The notes beneath the pieces are model-generated. The model did not search any database. It was not told the DNA's origin and worked only from the letters and a program-made list of their open reading frames with translations. Made by a program: the position numbers and the translations under genes. DNA of 64,000 nt from Spirochaetia bacterium (GTDB taxonomy: Bacteria > Spirochaetota > Spirochaetia > CAKZLE01), in assembly GCA_963677595.1 (NCBI GenBank), contig OY782041.1, forward strand, positions 2,016,001 through 2,080,000, read 5' to 3'. This document shows, piece after piece, positions 1-10,203 of this stretch (position 1 is its first letter; each line of letters starts with the position of its first letter).

Positions 1-189
1 CTGATCGTGGGATTGATCACTCCTCCGTATGGGGCTGCGCTGTTCACCGGTACGATCATCAGCGGGCTTCCCATGGAGAAACTTACCCGGGCACTGCTGC
101 CGTTCATCCTGGCTAGTATTGCGATCCTTTTCCTGGTCGTATACGTACCGGGTATCGTGATGTTCATACCGCACCTGGTAGGACTATAG
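1..189 (+). CDS. dctM: TRAP transporter large permease, C-terminal part (runs off the window start)
   Basis: GLITPPYG motif and hydrophobic C-terminus typical of DctM; similar to GLITPPVG in 14989..16278. Confidence 0.85.
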   Translation: MIVGLITPPYGAALFTGTIISGLPMEKLTRALLPFILASIAILFLVVYVPGIVMFIPHLVGL

Positions 190-215
190 AATAGATCAAG
201 GTAGGGAAGATAGAG

Positions 216-1493
216 ATGAAGACGTTGTTACAATCTGGCTCCATGAGTGAAGAGCTGGTAATTGAGGATACGCACCTTGCAGGGGTCATGCAGCCTGATT
301 ATTCAACCGGGTTCGCTGTCCTCACTGACCAGCAGATACTGCAAGCCATAGATACCCCCATAGGATGCGGGAGGCTGGAGGATCGGGTGTCTCCAGCATC
401 TCAGATCACAATAGTTGTTGATGATGCTACACGCCCAACCCCTTCAGCGAAGATACTTGCTATTCTGCTGGATAAACTAGATGGGCTTGGGGTCCAGAAA
501 GCACAGACGAGGATACATATAGCCACTGGGCTTCACCGGGACCCTACCGAAGCCGAGATCGAACGGATCCTGGGGACGAAGGTGTTGGGGGATTATACGT
601 TCAGCATCAATGATGCCCGCAACGCCGAGACGAATACGTTCGTGGGAACGGTTGGGTCCAAGGAGATCCACGTGAATAGCGTGGTAGCCGGGGCAGATCT
701 TGTCATCACGATAGGCATGGTGAAATCTCATGCCTTTGCCGGCTTCACCGGAGGTGCGAAGAGTATCCTCCCCGGCTGCTCGAGCCGGAGGACGATTCAC
801 GAGAACCACTGCTTCAGCAATATTGAGTATCCAAACAGTTGCCTGGGATCCTGCGAGTTGAGCACTTCCCGCCAGGAGATGGAAGCTGCAGCACGGCTCA
901 TAGACCCGTTCATCATCAATGTCGTCCTGGATGCAGACAAGAACATAATCTTCGCCTCTTCCGGTGATGTGATCGCTGCCCACAGGGCTGCCGTAGAATT
1001 CTATGAACCGATCGCTTCTCAGGAGATAGAGGGCTTCATCGATATCGCATTCATATCAGGGGGATTGGTCGGGGGGATAAATTTCTATCAGGCGCTGTTC
1101 GGGTTCAATGTGGTAAAGACCACGAAACGGCCGATCCTGAAGCATAAGGGGATCGTGATCCTCTATGCCGAATGTTCAGAGGGATCCGGGTCAGCCCTGT
1201 TCGAGCAGAAGATGTCCGAGTTCGATACCCCTGAAGAGATCTTGGATAACCTGGAGAACGGTGAATCCTATGATGACCAATGGGCTGTGCAGTTCCTGGC
1301 GACTGTGGTGCGGGATATGAACGTCTATGTTGTCTCCAGCGGGATCAGCCCGGAAGTGGCCCGGAAACTGAAGATCAGGCGATTCGATACCGCCGCAGAG
1401 GCCTATGCGGAAGCTGTAGCACAAAGCCCGAAAGATTATCGGGTGGGTTTGATCGAGAACCCTGATGTGCTGGTGTTGAACCGGTCTGTATAG
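216..1493 (+). CDS. larA: Nickel-pincer (LarA superfamily) 2-hydroxyacid racemase/epimerase
   Basis: DDATRPTP, ATGLHR, HAFAGFTGGAKSILPG, ENH and DQW motifs; substrate is not necessarily lactate. Confidence 0.88.
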   Translation: MKTLLQSGSMSEELVIEDTHLAGVMQPDYSTGFAVLTDQQILQAIDTPIGCGRLEDRVSPASQITIVVDDATRPTPSAKILAILLDKLDGLGVQKAQTRIHIATGLHRDPTEAEIERILGTKVLGDYTFSINDARNAETNTFVGTVGSKEIHVNSVVAGADLVITIGMVKSHAFAGFTGGAKSILPGCSSRRTIHENHCFSNIEYPNSCLGSCELSTSRQEMEAAARLIDPFIINVVLDADKNIIFASSGDVIAAHRAAVEFYEPIASQEIEGFIDIAFISGGLVGGINFYQALFGFNVVKTTKRPILKHKGIVILYAECSEGSGSALFEQKMSEFDTPEEILDNLENGESYDDQWAVQFLATVVRDMNVYVVSSGISPEVARKLKIRRFDTAAEAYAEAVAQSPKDYRVGLIENPDVLVLNRSV

Positions 1494-1519
1494 AGCCGGG
1501 GTGGATCCCATACGAAAAG

Positions 1520-1554
1520 AAAGGCAGGACCTTCAAGGGGACTCCTGCCTTTTT
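1520..1554 (+). terminator. Intergenic hairpin / probable intrinsic terminator
   Basis: AAAGGCAGGA (1520-1529) pairs with TCCTGCCTTT (1543-1552), ending in a T run. Confidence 0.55.
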
Positions 1555-1581
1555 GTCGGTTCAGTCTGGAAGGATATATTG

Positions 1582-2538
1582 ATGGTGAAAGCACTGGTGA
1601 CCGTACAGATGAGTGATGCCCAAAAAACGAGATTGAAGCGATTCAGGGATGATGTGGACCTGGTCTATGTTACAGGCGGCAAGCAGATCTCAGAGGAGAT
1701 CGGGGATGCTGAGATCATCATAGGGAACCCACCTGCAGAGGTGCTGTCTGGGGCAAAAGCGTTGAAGTGGATGCAGCTTATAACTGCAGGTTCGGACGGA
1801 TACCTGCAGAAAGGATTTCTTTCGAAAGATGTGATCCTGACCAATGCAAGCGGTGCGTATGGTATCGCCCAGGCAGAATTCATGCTGGCTATGCTGTTCT
1901 CGTTGATGAAGAAACTGCATAGGTACCGAGATAACCAGATGAACGCCCAGTGGCATGATGAAGGGACAGAGCTCATGCTCAGAGGATCCACGGTTCTCAT
2001 GCTGGGGCTGGGCGATATCGGGACAGAGTTCACGAGGCTGCTGAAAGCGTTCGGCTGCTATGTGATCGGGGTGCGAAGAGACCCTGAAAGAGTACATGCA
2101 TTCGCTGATGAAGTCCATGCTGTCGATGACCTTGACCAGCTCATTCCCCGCGCCGATATCATCGCGATGGTGCTTCCAGCATCACCCGAGACGGTCAATA
2201 CCTTGAGCAGGGAGAGGATCTCGCTTATGAAACAGGGCGCCATTGTGGTGAATACCGGGAGAGGGAAGACGGTTGATAACGAAGCGCTCTGTGATGCAGT
2301 CGAGCAGGGGAGGATCGCAGGTGCTGCCCTGGACGTCTATGACCCTGAACCGATCCCTCCCGGGCACAGGATCTGGAAGATGAGGGAGATCCTCATAACC
2401 CCGCATATCGCAGGCAGTGACCTTGTTCCGCTCACCAATGCAAGGATCTTTGATGTGATCGAGCAGAACCTTTCAGCATACCTGCATAACCAGCCTTTAG
2501 CGAACATCGTGGACCGCACTGTCTATGAGTTCGTATGA
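1582..2538 (+). CDS. D-isomer-specific 2-hydroxyacid dehydrogenase
   Basis: GLGDIG Rossmann motif, NTGRG, LDV..PEP, TPHIAG; start moved to ATG 1582 after the GGAAGG RBS. Confidence 0.9.
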   Translation: MVKALVTVQMSDAQKTRLKRFRDDVDLVYVTGGKQISEEIGDAEIIIGNPPAEVLSGAKALKWMQLITAGSDGYLQKGFLSKDVILTNASGAYGIAQAEFMLAMLFSLMKKLHRYRDNQMNAQWHDEGTELMLRGSTVLMLGLGDIGTEFTRLLKAFGCYVIGVRRDPERVHAFADEVHAVDDLDQLIPRADIIAMVLPASPETVNTLSRERISLMKQGAIVVNTGRGKTVDNEALCDAVEQGRIAGAALDVYDPEPIPPGHRIWKMREILITPHIAGSDLVPLTNARIFDVIEQNLSAYLHNQPLANIVDRTVYEFV

Positions 2539-2559
2539 AGCTGCTGCCTGGAGGAGTGA

Positions 2560-3846
2560 ATGGCTATAGGGAACATGATGAAAGAGATCGATGTATATGT
2601 TGAGGCTCACCGTACGGATCTCCTGGACTTCTTATCGGCATATATAGCACATGAATCCATAAACCCGGACCTGGCAAACCAAAGAAGAAGATCTGATTGT
2701 CATCTATGGCTCAAAGAGGAGTTAGAACGACTGCAGATCTTTGACGCAGTCGATCACTGGGAGACTGGCGAGCTCTTCTCTAACCTGGTGGCCGTCAAGA
2801 GGGGGCAGTCTGATGAACCGATCCTCTTCTGCGGGCATTCCGACACGGTCCCGGTAACCGAGAGCCAGCTGCAGGAGTGGGACCCTGATAAGGGTCCCTG
2901 GTCGGGGAAGATTCTGGACGGGAAGGTCTTCGGCCGCGGATCCTGTGATATGAAATCAGGAGGGGCTGGTGCCCTGATGGCCGCAAAAGTCCTTTCAGAC
3001 TTGGGTTTCCCGTTGGCACGGGACTCCTATTTTGGTTTTGTCATGTCTGAGGAGTCTGGCAATCGCACCTGCGGTGTCGACTCGATCCTTGAGAGAGGTT
3101 ACTCTGCACGATCGGCAGTAAGTATGGAACCCACGAATTTGAAGATCATCCCCGTGATCCAGGGTGAGTTCTATTTCAAGATAACGATCCGTGGTAAGAG
3201 TTCTTCTATCGCTTCAAGGCATCTTTCGATCTATCCACAGGGGCTGGATGTAGGGGGTCAGCCGGGAGTGAATGCGATCGACCTGATGCAGGATGTACTG
3301 CAAGAGTTGAGACAGCTGGAGAGGCAGCTGGGGTTGTTTACCCATCATGAGCTGCTGCCGCCTGGGACTGCAACAATCAACATCTCAGGCATCGAGAGCA
3401 AGGGGATCTTCTCTGCCCTGGCAGAAGAGTGTTCCGTTGTAGGAAGCATGCTGTACAGCCCTTCGATGTCACAGGAGGAAGCGGTGTCAGAATTCAAGCA
3501 TGCAATCGCCCGTGTGACCGGGCGGGACTGGTGGCTGAGGGCCCATCCTCCGGAGATAGAGATCCCGTATCTCCTTCCTGAGAAACCGCCGGTGAACATC
3601 CCGAAAGACCACTGGCTATGCAGGAAGTTTGAGGAGAGCCTCAGGGCTTGTGGCCTGGCGAAAGCGTATGATGCCAGGGTCAGCACGACAGATGGGAACT
3701 ATCTTGCTGATCACGGGATCGATGTGGTCACCTTCGGCCCCGGGGCAGGCCATATGGGTATGCATGGCTGTAATGAGTATATTCCCGTCGAGGACTACCT
3801 GGATGCGATCAGGGTCTATGCGGGTTTTCTGGTCGCAGAAAGCTGA
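2560..3846 (+). CDS. M20 family (ArgE/DapE-like) metallo-amidohydrolase
   Basis: GHSDTV, GRGSCDMK, SEESG, MEPT and HGCNE metal-ligand motifs; GGAGGAG RBS. Confidence 0.9.
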   Translation: MAIGNMMKEIDVYVEAHRTDLLDFLSAYIAHESINPDLANQRRRSDCHLWLKEELERLQIFDAVDHWETGELFSNLVAVKRGQSDEPILFCGHSDTVPVTESQLQEWDPDKGPWSGKILDGKVFGRGSCDMKSGGAGALMAAKVLSDLGFPLARDSYFGFVMSEESGNRTCGVDSILERGYSARSAVSMEPTNLKIIPVIQGEFYFKITIRGKSSSIASRHLSIYPQGLDVGGQPGVNAIDLMQDVLQELRQLERQLGLFTHHELLPPGTATINISGIESKGIFSALAEECSVVGSMLYSPSMSQEEAVSEFKHAIARVTGRDWWLRAHPPEIEIPYLLPEKPPVNIPKDHWLCRKFEESLRACGLAKAYDARVSTTDGNYLADHGIDVVTFGPGAGHMGMHGCNEYIPVEDYLDAIRVYAGFLVAES

Positions 3847-3893
3847 AGAATCTAAAAAGGATATAGTGGTCTCTTACAGGAGGGGAAGTTCTA

Positions 3894-4853
3894 ATGGGGT
3901 TGAAGGTTCTTATAACATTGACAGAGAAAGAGTATGACCTGGTAAGCAGTCATATGATGAAAGATTTCCAGGAAAAGGGAGTTGAGGTCGTAGCAAGTTT
4001 CTCGAATGCAAAACTGACAGAGGAACAGATCATCGACCTGGTCAAGGATGTCGATGGGTATATATTCGGGCTGGAAGATATAACCAGAAATGTTCTTACG
4101 AGCGGTAAGCGACTCAAGGTTGTCTGTAAGCATGGGATCGGTACTGATAATGTTGACAAACTGGCTGCTAAAGAACTGGGGATCATGGTGACCAACTGCC
4201 CGGGCCTGAACAGCCTTGCGGTGGCTGAGTTGGTCGTTGCCTCCATGATCGGCCTGGCTCGGGATATCCCAGGGATTGACCGGGCTATGAAGGATGGAGT
4301 CTGGGAATCTGACCTCGGGACCGAGATAACTTCAAAGACTCTGGGAGTGATCGGCCTTGGGCATGTCGGGAAGAATATCCTGAAGCTTCTTTCTGGTTTT
4401 GACATGAACATCCTCGTCCATGATATCTATCGGGATGATAACCTGGCCAGGGAATATGGGTTCCACTATGCAGAGCTGGAACAGATCTATACCCAGGCAG
4501 ATTATATATCGGTGAATATACCGCTTACCGATGAGACGAGGAATCTCATCACATTACGGGTGCTGAAGATGATGAAGCCGAATGTATCGATCATCAATAT
4601 GGCAAGGGGTGGTATCGTGAATGAGCAAGATCTGCTGACAGCCCTGAACCAGGGAATCATCAGCGGGGCGGCAATAGATGCATTTGCCGAAGAGCCGACG
4701 AAGTCATTCGACTTGGTGCACCACCCCAGGGTCATTGCCTTTCCCCACATTGGAGCCTCTACCGAGGAGGCGACGGTGAGGATCGGGAGTTGCGCGTTCC
4801 AGAACATCTATAATGTCATAACCGGGAAAGAGCCGGTATACAGGGTTATATGA
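3894..4853 (+). CDS. Phosphoglycerate dehydrogenase-like D-2-hydroxyacid dehydrogenase
   Basis: HGIGTDNVD, GLGHVG, NMARGG, PHIGAST; no ACT domain. Confidence 0.9.
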   Translation: MGLKVLITLTEKEYDLVSSHMMKDFQEKGVEVVASFSNAKLTEEQIIDLVKDVDGYIFGLEDITRNVLTSGKRLKVVCKHGIGTDNVDKLAAKELGIMVTNCPGLNSLAVAELVVASMIGLARDIPGIDRAMKDGVWESDLGTEITSKTLGVIGLGHVGKNILKLLSGFDMNILVHDIYRDDNLAREYGFHYAELEQIYTQADYISVNIPLTDETRNLITLRVLKMMKPNVSIINMARGGIVNEQDLLTALNQGIISGAAIDAFAEEPTKSFDLVHHPRVIAFPHIGASTEEATVRIGSCAFQNIYNVITGKEPVYRVI

Positions 4854-4908
4854 ATATTCATATTTGAACTCTATTTTGAAGGATCATCCATTGAAGGAGT
4901 AAGATTAT

Positions 4909-5841
4909 ATGAGAAAGAAAGTTGAAGGTATCGTGCCGGTCATGATCACCCCGTTCACCGAAGATAACAGGATAGACTATGCCAGCCTCGAGCGGCTGGT
5001 CGAGTGGTATATCGAGAAGGGCTCGGATGCCCTGTTCGCCGTCTGCCAGTCAAGCGAGATGCAGTTTCTCTCTCTCGAGGAACGCTCCAGCCTGGCCAAG
5101 ACTGTGGTAACGATGGTGGACGGCCGTATTCCGGTCGTCGCGAGCGGTCACATCAGCAATGACCCCTATGATCAGGTCCAGGAACTGACTGCTGCGGCGG
5201 AGTCAGGTGCAGACGGGGTCGTGCTCGTCTCCAACCACCTCGATCCCCATAACCGGGGAACGGAGACCTTCCTCGGGAACTTGAAATGGCTACTGGAAAA
5301 GCTCCCGAAGGATATCCCGCTGGGAGTGTATGAATGTCCCGCTCCCTACCGGCGGCTCATCACAGATGATGAGATGAAGTTCATGGCCGATACCGGGCGG
5401 TTCCTCTTTATCAAGGATGTCTCCTGCGACCTGGAGACGGTGAAGAGACGGGTAGAGATCTCGAGGAAATCGGGGATGGCGATCCTCAACGCCAATGCGG
5501 CGATCGCCTGGGATGCCATGAAGGCAGGGTCCCGCGGGTTCAACGGCGTGCTCGCCAACCTCCACCCGGACCTCTACAAGTGGCTCTACACAAAGTGGCA
5601 GACCTATCCGGAGATGGCGAAGGAGCTTGCCTCCTTCCTCGTGCTTGCTGCCTGTACGGAATCGTATGGGTATCCGGTGATTGCGAAGATGTACCACAAG
5701 AGGATCGGTAACTTCGAGACGATCAAGTCCAGGACGATCACCTATGACGTGCATGAGAAAGTCTGGGCTATCGAACCCCTGCTCGATAACCTCATCGAAG
5801 GAGCCGAGATCTGGAGAGAACGGCTGAAAGCCCTGGTGTAG
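4909..5841 (+). CDS. DHDPS/NAL family class I aldolase/lyase (CQSSE variant)
   Basis: GIVPVMITPF..IDY start, YECP tyrosine, Schiff-base Lys in FIKDVS. Confidence 0.88.
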   Translation: MRKKVEGIVPVMITPFTEDNRIDYASLERLVEWYIEKGSDALFAVCQSSEMQFLSLEERSSLAKTVVTMVDGRIPVVASGHISNDPYDQVQELTAAAESGADGVVLVSNHLDPHNRGTETFLGNLKWLLEKLPKDIPLGVYECPAPYRRLITDDEMKFMADTGRFLFIKDVSCDLETVKRRVEISRKSGMAILNANAAIAWDAMKAGSRGFNGVLANLHPDLYKWLYTKWQTYPEMAKELASFLVLAACTESYGYPVIAKMYHKRIGNFETIKSRTITYDVHEKVWAIEPLLDNLIEGAEIWRERLKALV

Positions 5842-5865
5842 CTGTTGGGCTGGATTATGGGTGAT

Positions 5866-6477
5866 TTAACCTGTGCACAGACTCTTCAACAGGAACTCCC
5901 TGCAGTAGGCAAGGGCTTCTTCGACCAGGTCGAACTCTGCTGATGAGATGTTCCAGTCGAGGAAGAGTCCCCGTATCGCGCGATTGAACCAGGAGGCGAG
6001 GGTATGGGCATCCGGGTGGGGTATGAACTCACCGGAGGCCTGGCCTTCTTCGATGATCTCCTCGATGAAGGTATGCCAGAAGCGGCTTTCGTCAATGATA
6101 GCCTTATCGGAACCCCCATTGATCACCTGGTTGGCATAGAGGATCTTGAGCATATCATTGCCGATGATGTCCCTGACGTAGTGCATCTGGTAGCGGGTGA
6201 ATTCCATGAGCTTCTCAGATGCACTGTCCAGTTCCCGTATCTGGTCCTCGAGGCTCCGGTAGTAATGGTCGATCGTCCAGAACTCCTCCACGATGATATC
6301 GCTCTTCGTGGAGAAGTAGGTGTAGAAGCTCCCCTTCGAGGTCCCGGCATAAGTCGTGATCTCCTCGATGGTCACACGGTCGAAACCTTTCTGCTTGAAC
6401 AAGGTCAGGGCACTCTCGAAGATGAGCTCCTTGGTACGCTCTGCTTTCGTCTTGCCCTGGATCCTTGTCTTTGCCAT
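5866..6477 (-). CDS. TetR/AcrR family transcriptional regulator
   Basis: N-terminal HTH GFDRVTIEEI..GTSKGSFYTYF; last gene of the etf operon. Confidence 0.92.
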   Translation of the reverse strand: MAKTRIQGKTKAERTKELIFESALTLFKQKGFDRVTIEEITTYAGTSKGSFYTYFSTKSDIIVEEFWTIDHYYRSLEDQIRELDSASEKLMEFTRYQMHYVRDIIGNDMLKILYANQVINGGSDKAIIDESRFWHTFIEEIIEEGQASGEFIPHPDAHTLASWFNRAIRGLFLDWNISSAEFDLVEEALAYCREFLLKSLCTG

Positions 6478-6485
6478 GAGAGGTA

Positions 6486-7910
6486 CTACTCCTGCATCCT
6501 GATGATCTTTCCCGGGTTCATGATCAGCAGCGGGTCAAGGGCCTTCTTCAGGCTCCAGTAGAGGTCATGCTCTGCCTTGGGGATAACCTCCTCGAGGAAC
6601 TCCCTCCGCTTGAGCCCGATCCCGTGTTCACCGCTGATCTTGCCGCCGAGTTCTCCCACAATAAAAGCATATAGTTCCCGTAAAATCAATGGTTCGATCT
6701 CGAGCCAATGCTCCATGGTGCTCGCCGGGTTCTTTACCAGGGTCGCGTGGAGGTTCCCGTCGCCGGCATGTCCATAGCAGGGGATGGTGACGTCATACTT
6801 CTCTGACAGCCTGGTGAGCTCCGGTATGACATCAGGGATGGAGCCGATCGGCACCACGACATCCTCGAGACTCTGCTCGGGGCTGTAGACCTTGATGGCC
6901 TCCGCTATATTCCTTCGTACTGCCCAGATCCGCTCCTGGGTGTTTCGGTCCTCTGCGATATAGACCTCCATGGCCCCGTGCTTCTCGCAGAGGTCCCCGA
7001 CGATGATCATCTCCTGCTCTACCTGCTTCTCGTTCGTCCCGTCGAGCTCGATGAGCAGCAGCGCCCCGACCCCGTCGATGGGAAGGGTCTCGTTGAGGTA
7101 GGAGCAGGCCATCTCCGTCGATTTCCTGTCCATGAACTCGATGCTCGTCGGGATGATCCCCTGCCGCATGATCAGTGGCACGACATTGATCGCCTCCTCG
7201 GCAGTCCTGAAGGGGACGAGCAGGTCTGCCTTCTCCTTCGGGATCCCAAGCAGCTTGATCGTCACCTTGGTGATGATGCCCAGCGTTCCCTCTGACCCGA
7301 TATACAGCTGTTTCAGGTCATAGCCGCTGACATCCTTCGTGACCTTTCCCCCGAGATTCAGGATCTCTCCCTGGGGAGTGACCACCTCCATGCCCAGGAC
7401 ATACCGGCCGGTGACGCCGTACTTCACGGCCTTCCCGCCTCCCGCGTTCTCGGCGACGTTACCGCCGAGGAAGCAGGTCTCGAGGCTCATCGGATAGCCG
7501 GCGAAGACCAGCCCGTATGACTTCAGCTGCTCATTGAGCTCGTTGGTGATGATCCCTGCTTCCGCGACGACGCAGAGGTTCTTCTCGTCGACCTCGATGA
7601 CCTTGTTCATCTTCTCGACCGAGAGGACGATCCCTCCCAGCAGGGGGATCGCCCCTCCGGAGAGACCTGAGCCGGCACCCCTCGGGGTCACCGGGATCCG
7701 TTCCTTCGTCGCGAGCTTCATGATCTCGGCAATCTGTTCAGTCGTCTCCGGGGTCACCACGACCTCGGGCATATGGGCATAGAGCTCAACAGAGGTCTCG
7801 TCATGGCTGTAGCCCTCCATCCTGTCTGTCTCGGTGATCACATTCTTCTTTCCCAGTATCCCGTAGAGAGCCTCTACTATATGCTCAGTCACTTTCCCAT
7901 AGCAGTTCAT
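6486..7910 (-). CDS. FAD-linked 2-hydroxyacid dehydrogenase (GlcD/LctD type)
   Basis: PRGAGSGLSGG, GGNVAENAGG, GSEGTLG, GHAGDGNLH, SGEHGIG. Confidence 0.92.
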   Translation of the reverse strand: MNCYGKVTEHIVEALYGILGKKNVITETDRMEGYSHDETSVELYAHMPEVVVTPETTEQIAEIMKLATKERIPVTPRGAGSGLSGGAIPLLGGIVLSVEKMNKVIEVDEKNLCVVAEAGIITNELNEQLKSYGLVFAGYPMSLETCFLGGNVAENAGGGKAVKYGVTGRYVLGMEVVTPQGEILNLGGKVTKDVSGYDLKQLYIGSEGTLGIITKVTIKLLGIPKEKADLLVPFRTAEEAINVVPLIMRQGIIPTSIEFMDRKSTEMACSYLNETLPIDGVGALLLIELDGTNEKQVEQEMIIVGDLCEKHGAMEVYIAEDRNTQERIWAVRRNIAEAIKVYSPEQSLEDVVVPIGSIPDVIPELTRLSEKYDVTIPCYGHAGDGNLHATLVKNPASTMEHWLEIEPLILRELYAFIVGELGGKISGEHGIGLKRREFLEEVIPKAEHDLYWSLKKALDPLLIMNPGKIIRMQE

Positions 7911-8905
7911 TACTTTGCCTCCCGCTCTGAAAGCCTTCTCTGGAGTTCAGGGACTATGGCGAACAGGTCCCCCACGATGGCGAAGTCGGCTACTTCCATG
8001 ATGTTGGCATGCTCATCGTTGTTGATAGCCACGATATGTTCCGAGGTCTTCATGCCTGCAAGGTGCTGTACTGCCCCTGAGATTCCGATCCCGATGTAGA
8101 GCTCGGGGGATATTGTCTTCCCGGAGAGCCCGATCTGGTGCGGGTAGCTTGCCCAGCCGCGGTCGACCGCGTCCCTTGAAGCTCCTACCTGGCCGCCGAG
8201 GGAGTGGGCGAGGTCGTCGATCATCTTGAAGTTGTCCCGCTTCTTCATGCCTCTCCCGCCTGCCACGACGATGTCGGCCTCCTCGATTGAGACGAAATCA
8301 CCCTGGTCCACATCAAGTCCCAGGATCCTCACCCGGTCGTCGAACCAGTCGTCGACCCAGGGGATCTCCTTGACCAGGCCGCTCCTGGTCGTGTCCGGGG
8401 GCAGCGGCCGCATCGACTTCGGCCGAACGGTAGACATCTGCGGCCTGTGGTCCGGGGTCTTGATCGTTGCCATGATGTTGCCCCCGATAGCGGGCCTCGT
8501 CTGCAGGAGGTTCCCGGTCTCCTTCTCGATCGCCAGTTCCGTGCAGTCTGCCGTGAGGCCTGCATGGAGCTTGACGGCAAGGTAGGGGAGGATCGTCCTT
8601 CCCGCTGTGGTAGCTCCTGCGAGGAAGACGTTGGGTGTATAGGTCTCGGCAAGGTCTTTGAGGATCGCTGCCTGGGTCTGGCACTCCACCTCCGCGAGGC
8701 AGGGATGGTTCACGTAATACACGATGTCAGCCCCATGGTGGATCAGCCTGTCCAGCTCGCTGTCAGGTATGCTGTCTCCCATGACGATGGCGCAAAGGTT
8801 CCCTTCCAGGTCATCTGCAAGTGCCTTTCCCCTGGCGAGGAGCTCGAAGGAGACCTCTTTCAGTTTTCCGTTATGCTGTTCTGCATATATCCATACATCT
8901 TTCAT
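7910..8905 (-). CDS. etfA: Electron transfer flavoprotein alpha subunit
   Basis: GLTADCT, TRPAIGG, QIGLSGKT, GISGAVQH. Confidence 0.95.
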   Translation of the reverse strand: MKDVWIYAEQHNGKLKEVSFELLARGKALADDLEGNLCAIVMGDSIPDSELDRLIHHGADIVYYVNHPCLAEVECQTQAAILKDLAETYTPNVFLAGATTAGRTILPYLAVKLHAGLTADCTELAIEKETGNLLQTRPAIGGNIMATIKTPDHRPQMSTVRPKSMRPLPPDTTRSGLVKEIPWVDDWFDDRVRILGLDVDQGDFVSIEEADIVVAGGRGMKKRDNFKMIDDLAHSLGGQVGASRDAVDRGWASYPHQIGLSGKTISPELYIGIGISGAVQHLAGMKTSEHIVAINNDEHANIMEVADFAIVGDLFAIVPELQRRLSEREAK

Positions 8906-8906
8906 A

Positions 8907-9716
8907 CTACATACCCTTCCTTAGGAGATCCTGTTCCCCGAGATAGGCAAGGAGCTTGTCCACTGCCTCCCTGACCGACTGGTCATCCTCAGCCCTCACG
9001 ACGGTGCAGGACCGGGTGACCGTGGGGGTCGCGATCTTCACGACCTTGGTAGGGGAGCCCTTGAGCCCGATAAACTCCATATTGACCTCAAGGTCATCGA
9101 CGCCCCAGACGGGGATGTCCATGGCCATCGCCCGCTTCTTGCCCCGGAGGGTCGGGAGTCGCGGTATCGCCACTTCCTTGACTACTGTGAGGACAGCTGG
9201 GAGGGAAGCCTCCACCTTCTGGTAGCCCTCCTCGATGAGCCGGTCCACCTGGATGGTCTTATCGGTGATCCTTCCCAAGTGGGCGACATAGGAGACGACA
9301 CTCATGTCGAGCCAGGAGGCGATCCCGGGCCCGACCTGGCCGGTATCGCCGTCAGTGGCACGCTCTCCGGCTATGATGAGGTCGACGGGGAACAGTCTCT
9401 TGATCGCGGAGGCGATGGTGTAGGAGGTAGCCCAGGTGTCGGCTCCCCCGAACTTCCTGTCGGACAGCTGCACGGCTGCATCGCAGCCCATGGCTATCGC
9501 CTCCTTGAGTACCTTGATGGAACTCGGCGGTCCCATGGTCACCGCGGTGATCGTCGCTCCGATCCGGTCCTTGATCTGCAGGGCAGACTCAAGGGCATAG
9601 AGGTCCAGCGGGTTCACGATCGACTCGGACCCGATCCTGATCATGGTGCCGGTCTCCCGGTCCATCTGGACATTGCTGGTCTCCGGGACCTGTTTTATGG
9701 GGACTACGATATGCAT
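8907..9716 (-). CDS. etfB: Electron transfer flavoprotein beta subunit
   Basis: IKQVPET, GGADTWATS, DGDTGQVGP, GLKGSPT. Confidence 0.95.
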   Translation of the reverse strand: MHIVVPIKQVPETSNVQMDRETGTMIRIGSESIVNPLDLYALESALQIKDRIGATITAVTMGPPSSIKVLKEAIAMGCDAAVQLSDRKFGGADTWATSYTIASAIKRLFPVDLIIAGERATDGDTGQVGPGIASWLDMSVVSYVAHLGRITDKTIQVDRLIEEGYQKVEASLPAVLTVVKEVAIPRLPTLRGKKRAMAMDIPVWGVDDLEVNMEFIGLKGSPTKVVKIATPTVTRSCTVVRAEDDQSVREAVDKLLAYLGEQDLLRKGM

Positions 9717-9746
9717 AGAGTGGTCTCCTTATGATGAATTACCATG

Positions 9747-9775
9747 ATGGTACGACAGAAATATGGAGACGTCAA
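9747..9775 (-). promoter_or_regulatory. Sigma70-type promoter of the etf operon
   Basis: Minus strand TTGACG-17 nt-TACCAT upstream of the AAGGAG RBS. Confidence 0.6.
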
Positions 9776-9781
9776 GAAAAA

Positions 9782-9797
9782 AATGACTGTGGTCATT
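9782..9797. promoter_or_regulatory. Palindromic operator, candidate TetR site
   Basis: AATGAC-TGTG-GTCATT just upstream of the etf -35. Confidence 0.55.
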
Positions 9798-10151
9798 AAA
9801 AAGTGCCAATGATTTGATTTTACCGTGGTCAATAGGCATCCGGATAAGCAATCATTGAATTTGGTGTGTGCTAAAAATAGAATTTGTTTTGTGGGTTGTT
9901 CGCTTGCATATTGAACTTTACGTTCAAGTATTCAATAAACTGGGCCTGACTGTTCTATAACACCGAAGGGATGTGTTGTGATGAGAAGTTGGTATTTCTT
10001 GTAAAAGAATGCATTAAAAGAAATTACTTGTAATCGTCAGTAAGCCGTACATGCTCATGGCTCGAACAAGGGGTTTGTAGGGCATCATTCTCCAACACTT
10101 CGATCGAAAAAACTGCAGATTATAATGAAGTGGAAAACTGAAAGAAATTAG

Positions 10152-10190
10152 TTGACAACTCAAATTTTGTGCCTTAGTCTGTTATCAGAC
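10152..10190 (+). promoter_or_regulatory. Promoter with overlapping FadR-type operator
   Basis: TTGACA-17-TAGTCT; GTCTG-TTAT-CAGAC (10177-10190) overlaps the -10. Confidence 0.7.
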
Positions 10191-10203
10191 AATTTGAGGG
10201 GCG

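Noticed and set aside
9911-9927. TTGAAC-N5-GTTCAA palindrome
   Set aside because: Only one copy noticed, not tied to a clear promoter; could be chance in AT-rich DNA
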